Positions 21,515 to 31,545 of a stretch of DNA of 64,000 nt are shown here, in pieces. This DNA is from Opitutales bacterium (GTDB lineage: Bacteria; Verrucomicrobiota; Verrucomicrobiia; Opitutales; Seribacteraceae): the NCBI GenBank assembly GCA_029254745.1, contig JAQWWZ010000072.1, positions 4,380 through 68,379 of the forward strand. Direction: 5' to 3'. Each line of letters opens with the position of its first letter. Position 1 is the first letter of the stretch. The translations under genes and the position numbers were made by a program. The notes beneath the pieces are model-generated. The model had not been told where the DNA came from. It saw nothing but the letters and a program-made list of their open reading frames with translations, and searched no databases.

Positions 21515-21518
21515 TGCA

Positions 21519-22715
21519 GTGAGGAGAACCTTTGTCGGCTTTGGCTTTGGTGCGATCCAAGCCGGCTTGTTTCTTCCTGAAGTTCAAAAGTCTGGAAATT
21601 TTGACCGGATTGTCGTTTCTGAAATCGATCCGGTATTAGTAGATGCAATTCGGAATTCCGGAGGGAAATATTTCTGTAACATTGCAGCGGGCAAACAGGT
21701 AAAGGCAGTTCAAGTTACTGGAGTTGAGATTTACAACCCTTTGCAAGATGTTGACCGGTCTTCTCTAGTTGAAGCGGTTGCAGAGGCGAGCGAGCTTTGT
21801 ACCGCATTGCCCAGTTTCCATATGTACGATACCGGTCCGGCATCGGTTGCCCAATTACTTACTGAAGGTCTGAGGCGGAAAAAGGAGCAACCAGAACTAC
21901 CTGCGGCCGTAGTTTATTCCGCAGAAAATGATACCCGGGCTGCGAAAAGATTAGAGGAAGCCTGTTTGAACTATGCGAATGATGGCTTTGCACATCAGGT
22001 AGTATTTTCAGAGACAGTCATTGGTAAAATGTGCTCAATTGTAACCGATTTATCAAGGATCCAAAGAGAAAGTCTTTGCCCAGTAACTAAAGCATGTCCG
22101 CGGGCGATTCTAGTGGAAGCTTTTAATCAGGTTTTTGTGGATCAAGAAACCCCAACTGGCTTTATACGTGGATTGAATCAATTCTCACCAAAATCGGATT
22201 TATACCCTTTTGCTCTAGCTAAGTTTCTTGGTCAGAATGCAACCCACGCAACTTTAGGTTACTTCGCCGAATCAGAAGGTTTGGAGTACATGAGTGAATT
22301 ATCAGCCCATCCCAAAATAATTGCCCGTGGCCTGCATGCCTACACCGAGGAAGTAGGACAGGGGCTAATTTATCAGTTTGGTAAATTGGGGGAGCATCTC
22401 TTCACCAGGCATGGCTTTGCTGAACATGCAAAAATGGCTGTAGAAAGAATGCTCAATCCATTGCTCGCGGATCCGGTAACGAGGGTTACTCGAGATCCGG
22501 TTAGAAAGCTTGGCTGGGATGATCGCCTTGTAGGAGCAATCCGAATCACTCGTCAAGCGGGCGTTGAACCCGTTGTACTGCTTGAGGCAGCCCGGCTTGC
22601 CCTGAATAAGGCCTGTATGGAAAAACTGTGGACTGACCGTGCCCATGGGTTGAGCCAGATATGGTCGGGGGTGAAAACTTGCGAGTTCAAAGCTATACAA
22701 GATTTGCTTCTGTAG
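21519..22715 (+). CDS. Mannitol-1-phosphate-dehydrogenase-like (long-chain polyol dehydrogenase)
   Basis: FGFGAIQAG Rossmann motif, KFLGQNATHA catalytic K/N segment, NPLLADPVTRVTRDPVRKLGWDDRL matches the MtlD C-terminus. GTG start. Confidence 0.75.
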   Translation: MRRTFVGFGFGAIQAGLFLPEVQKSGNFDRIVVSEIDPVLVDAIRNSGGKYFCNIAAGKQVKAVQVTGVEIYNPLQDVDRSSLVEAVAEASELCTALPSFHMYDTGPASVAQLLTEGLRRKKEQPELPAAVVYSAENDTRAAKRLEEACLNYANDGFAHQVVFSETVIGKMCSIVTDLSRIQRESLCPVTKACPRAILVEAFNQVFVDQETPTGFIRGLNQFSPKSDLYPFALAKFLGQNATHATLGYFAESEGLEYMSELSAHPKIIARGLHAYTEEVGQGLIYQFGKLGEHLFTRHGFAEHAKMAVERMLNPLLADPVTRVTRDPVRKLGWDDRLVGAIRITRQAGVEPVVLLEAARLALNKACMEKLWTDRAHGLSQIWSGVKTCEFKAIQDLLL

Positions 22716-22768
22716 CCTCCCTTTGTTTACTTATCTAATTTTCGAAACAAGGGTTGCATTTCCTTCAA

Positions 22769-22799
22769 AAACGATCAAAATCCATCTTAAACGATCAAA
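22769..22799 (+). promoter_or_regulatory. Direct repeats AAACGATCAAA x2, candidate DeoR operator
   Basis: Copies at 22769-22779 and 22789-22799, exactly 20 bp apart, between a TTGCAT -35-like hexamer (22754) and the probable ATG (22799). Confidence 0.5.
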
Positions 22800-23578
22800 T
22801 GATCCGTGAAGCACACCCAGCCCTTGCTCCTCAACGGAGAGATAAAATCCGCGCCATGATTCGTGACGGAGGGGTTGCCCGTGTCGAAGATTTACGGAAA
22901 AATCTAAAAGTTTCTGTGGCTACCATCCGGAGAGATCTTGAGATTCTAGAAGAAGAAGGAAAAGTACGCCGTGTTCATGGAGGAGCTGTCTCCACTGAAA
23001 GCCGATTGGAGGAAACAGTGTTTGAAAATAAAACCCATATTTCCGCCGCCGCCAAGCAAAGAATTGCGGAAGAAGCATACAAACTTATAGAACCTGAAGA
23101 AGCCATTTATTTGAATGGAGGGAGCACCACGCTATTTCTTGCCCGTTTATTACGTGAACGTTCCGATCTGACTTTAGTGACAAACTCTTTGCAGGCCGCC
23201 ATTGAACTGGCAGATTCAGGTCCCCGTGTCATTCTTACAGGAGGGGAGTTGCGCAGGATCAGTCAGACGATGGTGGGTCCACTTACATCAGCCGTGCTTG
23301 AACAGGTACGGGTAGACAAAGCTTTTATGGGAACGATGGGGATGTGCCTAACTCATGGCCTTACAACTACCGACCCCAATGAAGCCTATTCCAATGATGT
23401 GGTTGCCCGGCAAGCGGGTAAAGTTATTTTACTTGCTGATTCCCAAAAGGCGCAAAAGGTATGTTTTGCCCGTTTTGCTGACTGGAATGAAATCGATCTT
23501 TTATTATCGGACAAAAAACTCTCACCAGATTTCGCAAAGTCTTTGCGAAAGAGGGGGGTTAAAGTCCAACTAACCTGA
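22799..23578 (+). CDS. DeoR/GlpR-family sugar-responsive transcriptional regulator
   Basis: HTH VSVATIRRDLEILE...RRVHGGA, sensor domain LNGGSTT, TNSL, LTGG, DKAFMG. ATG 22799 preferred over TTG 22754. Confidence 0.95.
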   Translation: MIREAHPALAPQRRDKIRAMIRDGGVARVEDLRKNLKVSVATIRRDLEILEEEGKVRRVHGGAVSTESRLEETVFENKTHISAAAKQRIAEEAYKLIEPEEAIYLNGGSTTLFLARLLRERSDLTLVTNSLQAAIELADSGPRVILTGGELRRISQTMVGPLTSAVLEQVRVDKAFMGTMGMCLTHGLTTTDPNEAYSNDVVARQAGKVILLADSQKAQKVCFARFADWNEIDLLLSDKKLSPDFAKSLRKRGVKVQLT

Positions 23579-23608
23579 ATCAATCTCTAAAGAGGAGAAT
23601 AAATACTT

Positions 23609-24922
23609 ATGGCCACACCTATCATCATGCCTCGCCAAGGACAATCGGTTGAGAGCTGCATTCTTACCGAATGGAAAGTTAATGTTGGAGACGACGTCGC
23701 TGAAGGCGATGTACTCGCCGTTATCGAAACCGATAAGGCAAGCTTTGATCTGGAATCCACCGCAGCGGGTAAAATACTCGCTCTTTTTTGGGAAGCAGAC
23801 GACGATGTTCCCGTTCTCGCCAATGTCGCAGTAGTCGGAACCGATGGCGAAAATGTTGATGAGTTTCGTCCTGCAGGCCAGGCGGAAACTCCTGCCGCAG
23901 CCCCAAAATCTGCCGAGCCTGTTACTTCTGCTCCTGTCCAGGCTGCTCCGCAAGTTGCTGTCGTTGCCCAACCTGCTTCTACTTCTTTAGTCGCCAGTGC
24001 TGGTGTGAGCCCACGGGCGAGAAGGCTTGGAATTAAGTACGGACTGGATGCAGAAACCTTGAATGGTAGTGGTCCGGGTGGTCGAGTTATTGAGAGAGAT
24101 GTGCAGGCTGCCCTGGATGGAAAGCCCCGTTTGTCAGCCACCGCTCGTTCTCGTTCATTGTCCGAAGACCTTGAGTCCCCGGTTCGCGGAAGCGGACTAG
24201 CAGGAATGGTTCTCTCCAAAGACCTGAAGGTGCCCGGCTCTGTCGATGGTGCGGAGATGTCATCGGTTAAGGGAATCCGCAAGGTGATTGCCGAGCGTAT
24301 GATCCAATCCCTACAAACCACTGCCCAACTCACTTTACACGCATCTTTTGAGCTTACCCAAGCCCAGGCCTACCGAAAGCAGAGGCTGGAAGATGGGCAG
24401 TCCAAGGTTTCGTTAAATGATGTTATTGCCCATGGGATTGTGCAGTCCCTCAAGGCGCATCCAGAAATGAATGCCCATTTCCTCGGCAACCGTATTGCAA
24501 CCTTTGAAAAAGTTCACCTCGGTGTTGCGGTTGATACACCTCGTGGCTTGCTGGTGCCAGTGATAAAAAATGCGTCGGACTTATCAATTGAGCAAATTTC
24601 GGCTGAAGTCAAAAGCCTGGCTGGTGCCTGCCGGGAAGGAACTATTTCACCCGACAACTTATCTGGTGGATCCTTTACGCTTACAAATCTTGGAATGCTT
24701 GGCGTTGAAAACTTTACACCTGTGCTTAATGCCCCAGAAGTTGGCATCCTTGGGGTCGGTGGCATCGTTCTCAAACCTAAACGAACCGAGAGTGGAGAGG
24801 TTGTGTATGTCGATACTTTACCTCTTAGTTTGACCATTGATCACCAAGGTGTAGACGGTGCTCCCGCCGCCCGCTTTCTCCAAACCCTTGTCGAAAAGCT
24901 AGAAAATAATCCTGGAGCTTAA
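23609..24922 (+). CDS. Dihydrolipoamide acyltransferase (E2) of a 2-oxoacid/acetoin dehydrogenase-type complex
   Basis: Lipoyl motif IETDKA, Ala/Pro linker, E3-binding GSGPGGRV plus a second copy GSGLAGMV, FTLTNLG, catalytic DHQGVDG. Confidence 0.95.
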   Translation: MATPIIMPRQGQSVESCILTEWKVNVGDDVAEGDVLAVIETDKASFDLESTAAGKILALFWEADDDVPVLANVAVVGTDGENVDEFRPAGQAETPAAAPKSAEPVTSAPVQAAPQVAVVAQPASTSLVASAGVSPRARRLGIKYGLDAETLNGSGPGGRVIERDVQAALDGKPRLSATARSRSLSEDLESPVRGSGLAGMVLSKDLKVPGSVDGAEMSSVKGIRKVIAERMIQSLQTTAQLTLHASFELTQAQAYRKQRLEDGQSKVSLNDVIAHGIVQSLKAHPEMNAHFLGNRIATFEKVHLGVAVDTPRGLLVPVIKNASDLSIEQISAEVKSLAGACREGTISPDNLSGGSFTLTNLGMLGVENFTPVLNAPEVGILGVGGIVLKPKRTESGEVVYVDTLPLSLTIDHQGVDGAPAARFLQTLVEKLENNPGA

Positions 24923-24962
24923 ATTTAATTTAACCCTATAAGATAGAAATAAACTTACTGAA

Positions 24963-26306
24963 ATGAAATACGATTTTGCTGTTATTGGAGCCGGTCCTGC
25001 CGGATATGTCGCCGCTAAAAAAGCCGCCGGGGCTGGTCTTAAGACCTTACTTGTTGAAAAGAAAAAACTTGGAGGTGTATGCTTGAACGAAGGCTGTGTT
25101 CCATCCAAGACACTTTTACAAGCTGCTAAAACCTATCATCATGCCAAGCATGGTTCGGTCTTTGGGGTTTCCGTTGAAGGCCTGACCTTTGATTTTTCTA
25201 AAGCCCACTCTCATAAGAATGGAGTGATGAACAAAATGCGTGACGGGATTGCGGGCCTGATGAAAAAATACAAAATTGATGTAATCGACGGAGCAGCCGT
25301 GCTTAAACCAAACCGTAAAATTGAAGTGAACGGGGAAGAGCATGAAGCAGACAATATTTTAATTTGTACTGGTTCCTCTCCTGCGGTCCCTCCCATTCCT
25401 GGAATTGATCAGGAGCATGTGGTAGATTCTACCGGGATTTTAAATCGCGAAACCCTACCCAACCGCTTGATCGTTGTAGGTGGTGGAGTGATCGGTTGTG
25501 AGTTTGCCTGCATGTACGCATCCGTGGATGTACCGGTTACAGTGTTGGAGGCAATGCCCGAAATATGTCCAAATTTGGATGTAGAAGTAGCAGCTACTTT
25601 ACGAAAAGAATTGGCCAAAAAAGGTGTGGACTTTCAACTTGGTTGTAAGGTTGAGGAAATTGGGTCTTCTCAGGTTAAGTATCATGATGGTACAGAATCC
25701 AAAGAAATTGAAGGTGATTTGGTTCTTGTGGCAACTGGTCGCCGACCCAATGTTACCAATATTGGCCTTGAAGAACTTGGCTTAGAATTTTCTCCACGTG
25801 GAATCAAAGTAGATGAACGCGGTGCCACTAATCTTCCTGGAGTTTGGGCTGCAGGTGACGTGACGGGTCAAGCTTGGCTTGCTCATGCTGCAAGCAGAAT
25901 GGGAGAGGTTATTGTGAATAATATAACGGGACGAAGTGATCAGATGCGTTATGACGCCATGCCTGCCGTTGTATACACCAGCCCCGAAGTTGCGGTTGTT
26001 GGTTTGACCAAGGAAGAAGCCGAAGAACGTGGTATCAAAACACGATCTGGTAGAATTCCTATGGCAATCAACGCTCGCTACATTGCAGAGAATCCAGACG
26101 AGGCTGGCCTCTGTAAAGTGGTACTTGAGGATGGTACAAACCGTTTACTCGGAGTGCACATGGTAGGGGGAGCTTGTTCAGAAATGATATTCGGTGCCAC
26201 GGCCATGATTGAAGCTGAACTGCGAGAAGAGGAGATTGAAGAAATTGTATTTCCTCACCCAACCACCTCGGAAATTGTGAAGGATGTCTTTATGGCCGTT
26301 CGCTAA
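24963..26306 (+). CDS. lpdA: Dihydrolipoamide dehydrogenase (E3)
   Basis: GAGPAG, redox disulfide CLNEGCVP, GGGVIG, GDVTG..LAH, HPTTSE. Confidence 0.95.
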   Translation: MKYDFAVIGAGPAGYVAAKKAAGAGLKTLLVEKKKLGGVCLNEGCVPSKTLLQAAKTYHHAKHGSVFGVSVEGLTFDFSKAHSHKNGVMNKMRDGIAGLMKKYKIDVIDGAAVLKPNRKIEVNGEEHEADNILICTGSSPAVPPIPGIDQEHVVDSTGILNRETLPNRLIVVGGGVIGCEFACMYASVDVPVTVLEAMPEICPNLDVEVAATLRKELAKKGVDFQLGCKVEEIGSSQVKYHDGTESKEIEGDLVLVATGRRPNVTNIGLEELGLEFSPRGIKVDERGATNLPGVWAAGDVTGQAWLAHAASRMGEVIVNNITGRSDQMRYDAMPAVVYTSPEVAVVGLTKEEAEERGIKTRSGRIPMAINARYIAENPDEAGLCKVVLEDGTNRLLGVHMVGGACSEMIFGATAMIEAELREEEIEEIVFPHPTTSEIVKDVFMAVR

Positions 26307-26353
26307 GCGATTTACTCTTAACCTAATACACAACCATTTAATTTTTATTTGTC

Positions 26354-28807
26354 ATGCCGAAGTCACAAATTATTGAACCAGCCGTAGAACGTAAAGCCGG
26401 AACTATTCCTTTCAAGGAAGTCTCCCTCAACCAATACAAAGGTGATCTCAAAAATGAGGTTGAAACCTATGGAGCCGAAGCCCTTATCGGAATCTATGAA
26501 GATATGCTGCTCATCCGTGAGTTCGAAAGCATGCTCCAAAGTATAAAGACCCAAGGGTCCTATGAAGGTGTTGAGTATGATCATAAGGGTCCTGCCCACC
26601 TCTCCATCGGGCAGGAAGCTTCGGCAGTGGGGCAGGCCTTTCTCCTTGGCGTGGACGATCACATCCTTGGGTCCCACCGCTCCCATGGGGAAATTCTTGC
26701 TAAGGGAATGTCTTCCATACGAAAGCTTGACGATGATACATTGATGGAGATCATGAAAAACTTTTTGGGTGGAGATTGTTTTGGCGTGGTTGAAAAGGAA
26801 GGGGCTGATAATGTAAAGGCACTTGCCCGTAACTTCCTGCTCTATGGTGCCCTGGCCGAGGTCTTTGGAAGAGCCAATGGTTTCAATCGTGGTCTAGGTG
26901 GTTCTATGCATGCCTTTTTTACTCCCTTTGGTATCCTTCCAAATAATGCAATTGTCGGTGGTTCCGCTGATATTGCCATGGGTGCCTCTCTCTTTAAAAA
27001 GTGCAACCGCAAGCCCGGTATTGTAATCTCCAATGTGGGAGATGCATCTATGGGTTGTGGACCGACTTGGGAAGCGATGAACTTTGCCTCTATGCGCCAG
27101 TTCCATGAATTATGGGAAGATTCAATGAAGGGTGGATTGCCCATCATTTTCAATTTTATGAATAATTTTTATGGAATGGGTGGACAGACTGCTGGTGAGA
27201 CCATGGCTTTTGATTTCTTAGCCCGGGTAGGAGCTGGGGTTAATCCTGACTCTATGCATGCTGAGCGGGTGGATGGATACAATCCTCTGGCAGTGGCTGA
27301 TGCCATTCGCCGTAAGAAAACATTACTCGAACAGGGAGATGGTCCGGTACTCTTGGAAACCATTACTTATCGTTACTCCGGACACTCTCCATCGGATGCA
27401 TCCTCTTACCGCTTAAAAGAAGAGATTGAAGCCTGGCAGGCGATTGATCCTTTGGAAGCATATGCAAAAGAAATTATTGAGGGTGGGTTGATAAACAAGG
27501 AGCAACTTGAGGAATGTAAGGCATCAACCACGAAGGCAATGACACAGGCTTGCAGGCTTGCATCCTGTCTGGAAACCTCCCCCCGTTTACCTTCCGAAAA
27601 GATTGCCGGCTTGATGTTTTCTAAGCGCAAAGTCGAAAACTATGATCCTTCCCGTAAGCCTGAACTTATTTTGCCAGCTGCTGAAAACCCCCGTGTTTTA
27701 GCATTGGCCAAAAAGTCTCGAGCTGGGATTATTGACGGTAAGCCCGTTTCCAAGAACAAGGTTTACCAATACCGCGATGCCATTTTTGAGGCTGTTTTCC
27801 ACCGTTTCCAGAACGATTCAACTTTGGTTGCTTACGGAGAGGAAAATCGGGACTGGGGAGGTGCTTTTGCCTGTTACCGGGGATTAACTGAGTCTTTGCC
27901 CTATCACCGATTGTTCAATTCTCCCATTTCTGAAGCTGCGATTGTAGGTTCAGCTGTTGGATATGCCCTTCAGGGAGGACGTGCTTTGGTTGAGTTAATG
28001 TATTGTGATTTTATGGGTCGTGCAGGAGATGAGATCTTTAATCAGTTGGCTAAGTGGCAGAGTATGTCTGCCTGTGTGCTGGAAATGCCCGTGGTTTTAC
28101 GGGTATCTGTGGGGTCAAAATACGGCGCTCAACACTCTCAGGACTGGTGTGCGATCTGTAACCATATTCCTGGCTTACAGGTTGTCTTTCCTTCTACTCC
28201 TTACGATGCCAAGGGTATGCTTAATACTGCACTAGCTGGCAGTGACCCTGTGGTTTTCTTTGAAAGCCAACGTCTCTATGATATTGGGGAGCTTTTTGAA
28301 AAGGAAGTGCCCGAAGGATATTATGAAATTCCTTTTGGACTGCCAGCTCAACGCAGAGTGGGAAATGATGTGACCATTATCACTGTGGGCGCAACCATGT
28401 ACCGGGCTTTGGAAGCTGCAGATATTCTTGAACAAAAATATGGAGTGACATCAGATGTTTTTGATTGCCGTTCGATCACGCCATTGGATTACGAACCACT
28501 TGTTGAATCGGTTCGTAAAACCGGAAAGGTATTGCTTTCTTCAGATGCTTGTGAGCGCGGATCCGTTATGCAAGATATAGCTTCAAAATTAGGCCAATTG
28601 GCCTTTGACGAATTAGATGCACCCCCTGTAGTTGTTGGATCTCGGAACTGGATAACCCCCTGTGCTGAGGTGGAAGAGGATTTCTTTCCTCAACCGTCCT
28701 GGATGATTGATGCGATTCATCAAAACATCTTACCTTTGCCTGGTCATGTAATGACAACCAACCCGACGACTGGGGAAATGATTAAGCGTTACCGAGAAGG
28801 GGTATAA
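26354..28807 (+). CDS. Fused alpha/beta E1 ThDP-dependent dehydrogenase component
   Basis: [20 protein letters not shown], ThDP motif GDA...[11 protein letters not shown]; beta part [21 protein letters not shown]. Confidence 0.93.
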   Translation: MPKSQIIEPAVERKAGTIPFKEVSLNQYKGDLKNEVETYGAEALIGIYEDMLLIREFESMLQSIKTQGSYEGVEYDHKGPAHLSIGQEASAVGQAFLLGVDDHILGSHRSHGEILAKGMSSIRKLDDDTLMEIMKNFLGGDCFGVVEKEGADNVKALARNFLLYGALAEVFGRANGFNRGLGGSMHAFFTPFGILPNNAIVGGSADIAMGASLFKKCNRKPGIVISNVGDASMGCGPTWEAMNFASMRQFHELWEDSMKGGLPIIFNFMNNFYGMGGQTAGETMAFDFLARVGAGVNPDSMHAERVDGYNPLAVADAIRRKKTLLEQGDGPVLLETITYRYSGHSPSDASSYRLKEEIEAWQAIDPLEAYAKEIIEGGLINKEQLEECKASTTKAMTQACRLASCLETSPRLPSEKIAGLMFSKRKVENYDPSRKPELILPAAENPRVLALAKKSRAGIIDGKPVSKNKVYQYRDAIFEAVFHRFQNDSTLVAYGEENRDWGGAFACYRGLTESLPYHRLFNSPISEAAIVGSAVGYALQGGRALVELMYCDFMGRAGDEIFNQLAKWQSMSACVLEMPVVLRVSVGSKYGAQHSQDWCAICNHIPGLQVVFPSTPYDAKGMLNTALAGSDPVVFFESQRLYDIGELFEKEVPEGYYEIPFGLPAQRRVGNDVTIITVGATMYRALEAADILEQKYGVTSDVFDCRSITPLDYEPLVESVRKTGKVLLSSDACERGSVMQDIASKLGQLAFDELDAPPVVVGSRNWITPCAEVEEDFFPQPSWMIDAIHQNILPLPGHVMTTNPTTGEMIKRYREGV

Positions 28808-28929
28808 TTGCCTGAGGAAATCGTAAAGCAGGGCCTAAGAAGCGTTTATATTTTTCAACTAATATTGATTTTAAATGTCAGGATTTCACTTCTGATCGAG
28901 TGTGACTTCCGTAATTACTCAAAAAACTT

Positions 28930-29679
28930 ATGGATTATTTAGAAAAATATTCTGATAAAGTCGATACCTTCATCGGGGTATGTCATCACTTGTCTGCCCA
29001 CCAGTATGTGACTGGGCATGGTGGGAATCTTGCCTGGAAATTGGAGGACGATGTCATTTTAATCACTCCAACCAAGCACAACAAAGGGGATGTGAATCGT
29101 GAAAATGTTGTCTTTATCAACCTTGCTGGGGAAACGATCGAAGGCACGGTGAAGCCTACGGGTGAAACACCGATGTATGTGAATTTTTTCAGGGAACGCC
29201 CCGATGTGCAAGCGGTGCTTCATTGTCACCCGCCCCATCTCAATGCCTTTGCCATTTCGGACTCTAAAAACTACCATATGTGTCCTCTCTTTCCTGAGAC
29301 TATTACCGAAGTGGGACCGGTTCCGGTTGTTCCATATGGGGAACCATTAACTCAAAAGCTTGCAGATAATTTTTTACCATTTTTGCAAAAGTATAATGGT
29401 TTTCTCATGGAAAATCATGGCTATGTGTTCATCACGCCGTGGGATATAAAATGGGCTCAGATGTGTACCGACTTGCTCGAGATGACCGCGTTGCACATCA
29501 TTCACGCCCGTAGCTTGGGTGGAAATATTAAAGAAATTGGATATGAAGACCTTCAAAACATGGGGAATATTATGAAAACTCGTGGATTACCCTTACCGGG
29601 TGCCCCTGGTGAATGGTCAAGTCTGGAGGATATGTATTTCCCGGACGGTCCTCCAAAAAGTTTAACCAACTTATCTTAA
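28930..29679 (+). CDS. Class II aldolase/adducin family protein (FucA/AraD-like)
   Basis: GGNL, ITPT, ETPM, Zn motif HCH, LMENHG. Confidence 0.9.
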   Translation: MDYLEKYSDKVDTFIGVCHHLSAHQYVTGHGGNLAWKLEDDVILITPTKHNKGDVNRENVVFINLAGETIEGTVKPTGETPMYVNFFRERPDVQAVLHCHPPHLNAFAISDSKNYHMCPLFPETITEVGPVPVVPYGEPLTQKLADNFLPFLQKYNGFLMENHGYVFITPWDIKWAQMCTDLLEMTALHIIHARSLGGNIKEIGYEDLQNMGNIMKTRGLPLPGAPGEWSSLEDMYFPDGPPKSLTNLS

Positions 29680-29682
29680 TTT

Positions 29683-31497
29683 ATGCCAACTACCAAAATT
29701 GACAGAGCTCAGGAGCTAGCAAAAAAAGCTCGTTCATCACATCACGGGGTTTACCTTACCGGCCCGAACGAAGTAAAAGTACTGGAAGACGACCTACCAG
29801 TTGCTTCTTTGAACGGAGAAAATTATCTTCTGGCTAGTTTTGGTAATTGCAGGTGTGCGTCAGATGCTAAAGCAATTCGTCAATTTGATACCCATGCAAG
29901 GGTACCATCTGGAGTGGACCGTATTGCGTTGGGTCATGAAACCCTACAGCTTGTATTGGAAGCGCCTACAGATTCAAATGTTGTGCCTGGGGATGTGGTT
30001 GTCGTTACCCCAGGGCACGCTACAAAACCAATTGATCCGCTGACCTTTAAGCCTAGCAAGGATGGGGTTCTTTCATCGCTTGGCTATTCTTACCGGTACC
30101 TTGGCGGACTTCGGCAATTCAGTATTGTTCCGGGTACTGCACCTGCTTTTGTTAAGGCTCAGGGCTTTGGGAACTTTTTCAACCCTGTCTCGCCAAGCGA
30201 GAAAACAAGCCTTGTTACGCTGGCTCACGCTGAACCTTTTGCCTGCAATTATGGCACCAATAAACACATCTTCACGATCGATCAAAATAGAGAATTTTTA
30301 TACGGCGTGCCCTCTCGTTCCATTGTAGCTTACCTTTCCGGGACGGCTCGGATGGCAATGATCAACCTGACGATTGTAGCGAGTGTACCAGATGAAGACT
30401 TACCTCCCGTCGTTTACATAACAGGTTCTCAGTCCAAACTGGATGAAATGGAAGAATATGCTCTCATCAAGGATTTACGAAAGCGGGGAACTCGAGTTGT
30501 TTTAATAGATCGTAATGATCCCAGCATCATTACAAAACTTACAGAGTTCGGTAAACCTCATGTGGTTTGGACGAATTATGCATCAGTTGCCACCTATGAG
30601 CAGGCAAGTGCAATTATGGCCAAAGGAGGAAATTTAAATAGTTATGCGGGTGCTGTTGATCCCGAACTTACCTTTGAAATGCCTATCTGCGAAGCTCCTC
30701 ATTTTTCTACTTTTGAGGAAGAGGCTATAAGCCAAATAGGAGAGATGCATCACAATCTTTCTCCAAATGACCCCAAACGATATCGTGGCTTGGCCAAGGA
30801 TCCCAAAATTGCCTTGATTGGTTTCGAAGAAGGGTCCGATCGGGAAGCTGCCTACCTAAACCAATTTCCCAAAGGAACCTCGGTGTTGTTTTCCTTGATG
30901 GGTAATGCCCGCGATGGGTTTGAACCCTGCTCACTTAAGGACGGTGGTTTTACAGATGTCTTTATTGCTGGTCGTGGAAATTATGCCGCTTCTGCTTATG
31001 CTGATATTGAAACACAACTCGCTCGTTCAGCTGCGGTTAATTTTATTGATGGGGATGTTGAGCTCAAGATTCGCTCTAAGAACGCTCACTATGTAACGCG
31101 TCATCAAATCTGTGGCGTTAATGTGCCTTGGCATATGACTAACACCTCAGAACCTCATGCCGATGACATGCTTGTTCAAGCGAGTAACCCTGTATCTTTT
31201 GATTGGATGGTAAAAGGAGTTTGTGGCTTAAAAAATGTGCCAAACATGATGGACGAAGTTGAATCGGCTCAGCCATTTGGTTCTTTTTTTGCTTTTGCCG
31301 AACTTGTAGATTTGCCATATGTCGAAACTACGGCCTCTGCATTTCGAGCTGCGGCGGAAAGTTCCCCTAACCCCGTTAAAGAATCCTTACTTGCCGGGGC
31401 GGACGCCTTAGATATTACAGGTGATGTATGGAGTAGAAAAGTCGAGGAAGCAATTTATGAAGGGTATGAATTTCCATATCCTCTTAATCTGACATAG
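29683..31497 (+). CDS. Extended SorE-like (L-sorbose-1-phosphate reductase family) Zn medium-chain dehydrogenase
   Basis: C58, GHE (H85/E86), GYSYRYLGG, EPFAC, later AHY..HQICG, TSEPHADDM and VWSRKVE align with my recollection of SorE; about 200 aa longer than SorE. Confidence 0.65.
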   Translation: MPTTKIDRAQELAKKARSSHHGVYLTGPNEVKVLEDDLPVASLNGENYLLASFGNCRCASDAKAIRQFDTHARVPSGVDRIALGHETLQLVLEAPTDSNVVPGDVVVVTPGHATKPIDPLTFKPSKDGVLSSLGYSYRYLGGLRQFSIVPGTAPAFVKAQGFGNFFNPVSPSEKTSLVTLAHAEPFACNYGTNKHIFTIDQNREFLYGVPSRSIVAYLSGTARMAMINLTIVASVPDEDLPPVVYITGSQSKLDEMEEYALIKDLRKRGTRVVLIDRNDPSIITKLTEFGKPHVVWTNYASVATYEQASAIMAKGGNLNSYAGAVDPELTFEMPICEAPHFSTFEEEAISQIGEMHHNLSPNDPKRYRGLAKDPKIALIGFEEGSDREAAYLNQFPKGTSVLFSLMGNARDGFEPCSLKDGGFTDVFIAGRGNYAASAYADIETQLARSAAVNFIDGDVELKIRSKNAHYVTRHQICGVNVPWHMTNTSEPHADDMLVQASNPVSFDWMVKGVCGLKNVPNMMDEVESAQPFGSFFAFAELVDLPYVETTASAFRAAAESSPNPVKESLLAGADALDITGDVWSRKVEEAIYEGYEFPYPLNLT

Positions 31498-31545
31498 AAG
31501 AATTTAGTATCTAAATTCTAAATACACTAACAAAAAATTGAAGAC

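Noticed and set aside
31499-31519. AGAATTTAG-tat-CTAAATTCT perfect 9-bp inverted repeat between the SorE-like gene and sorD
   Set aside because: AT-rich, no U-tract and no second copy noticed; cannot distinguish an operator or stability hairpin from chance.
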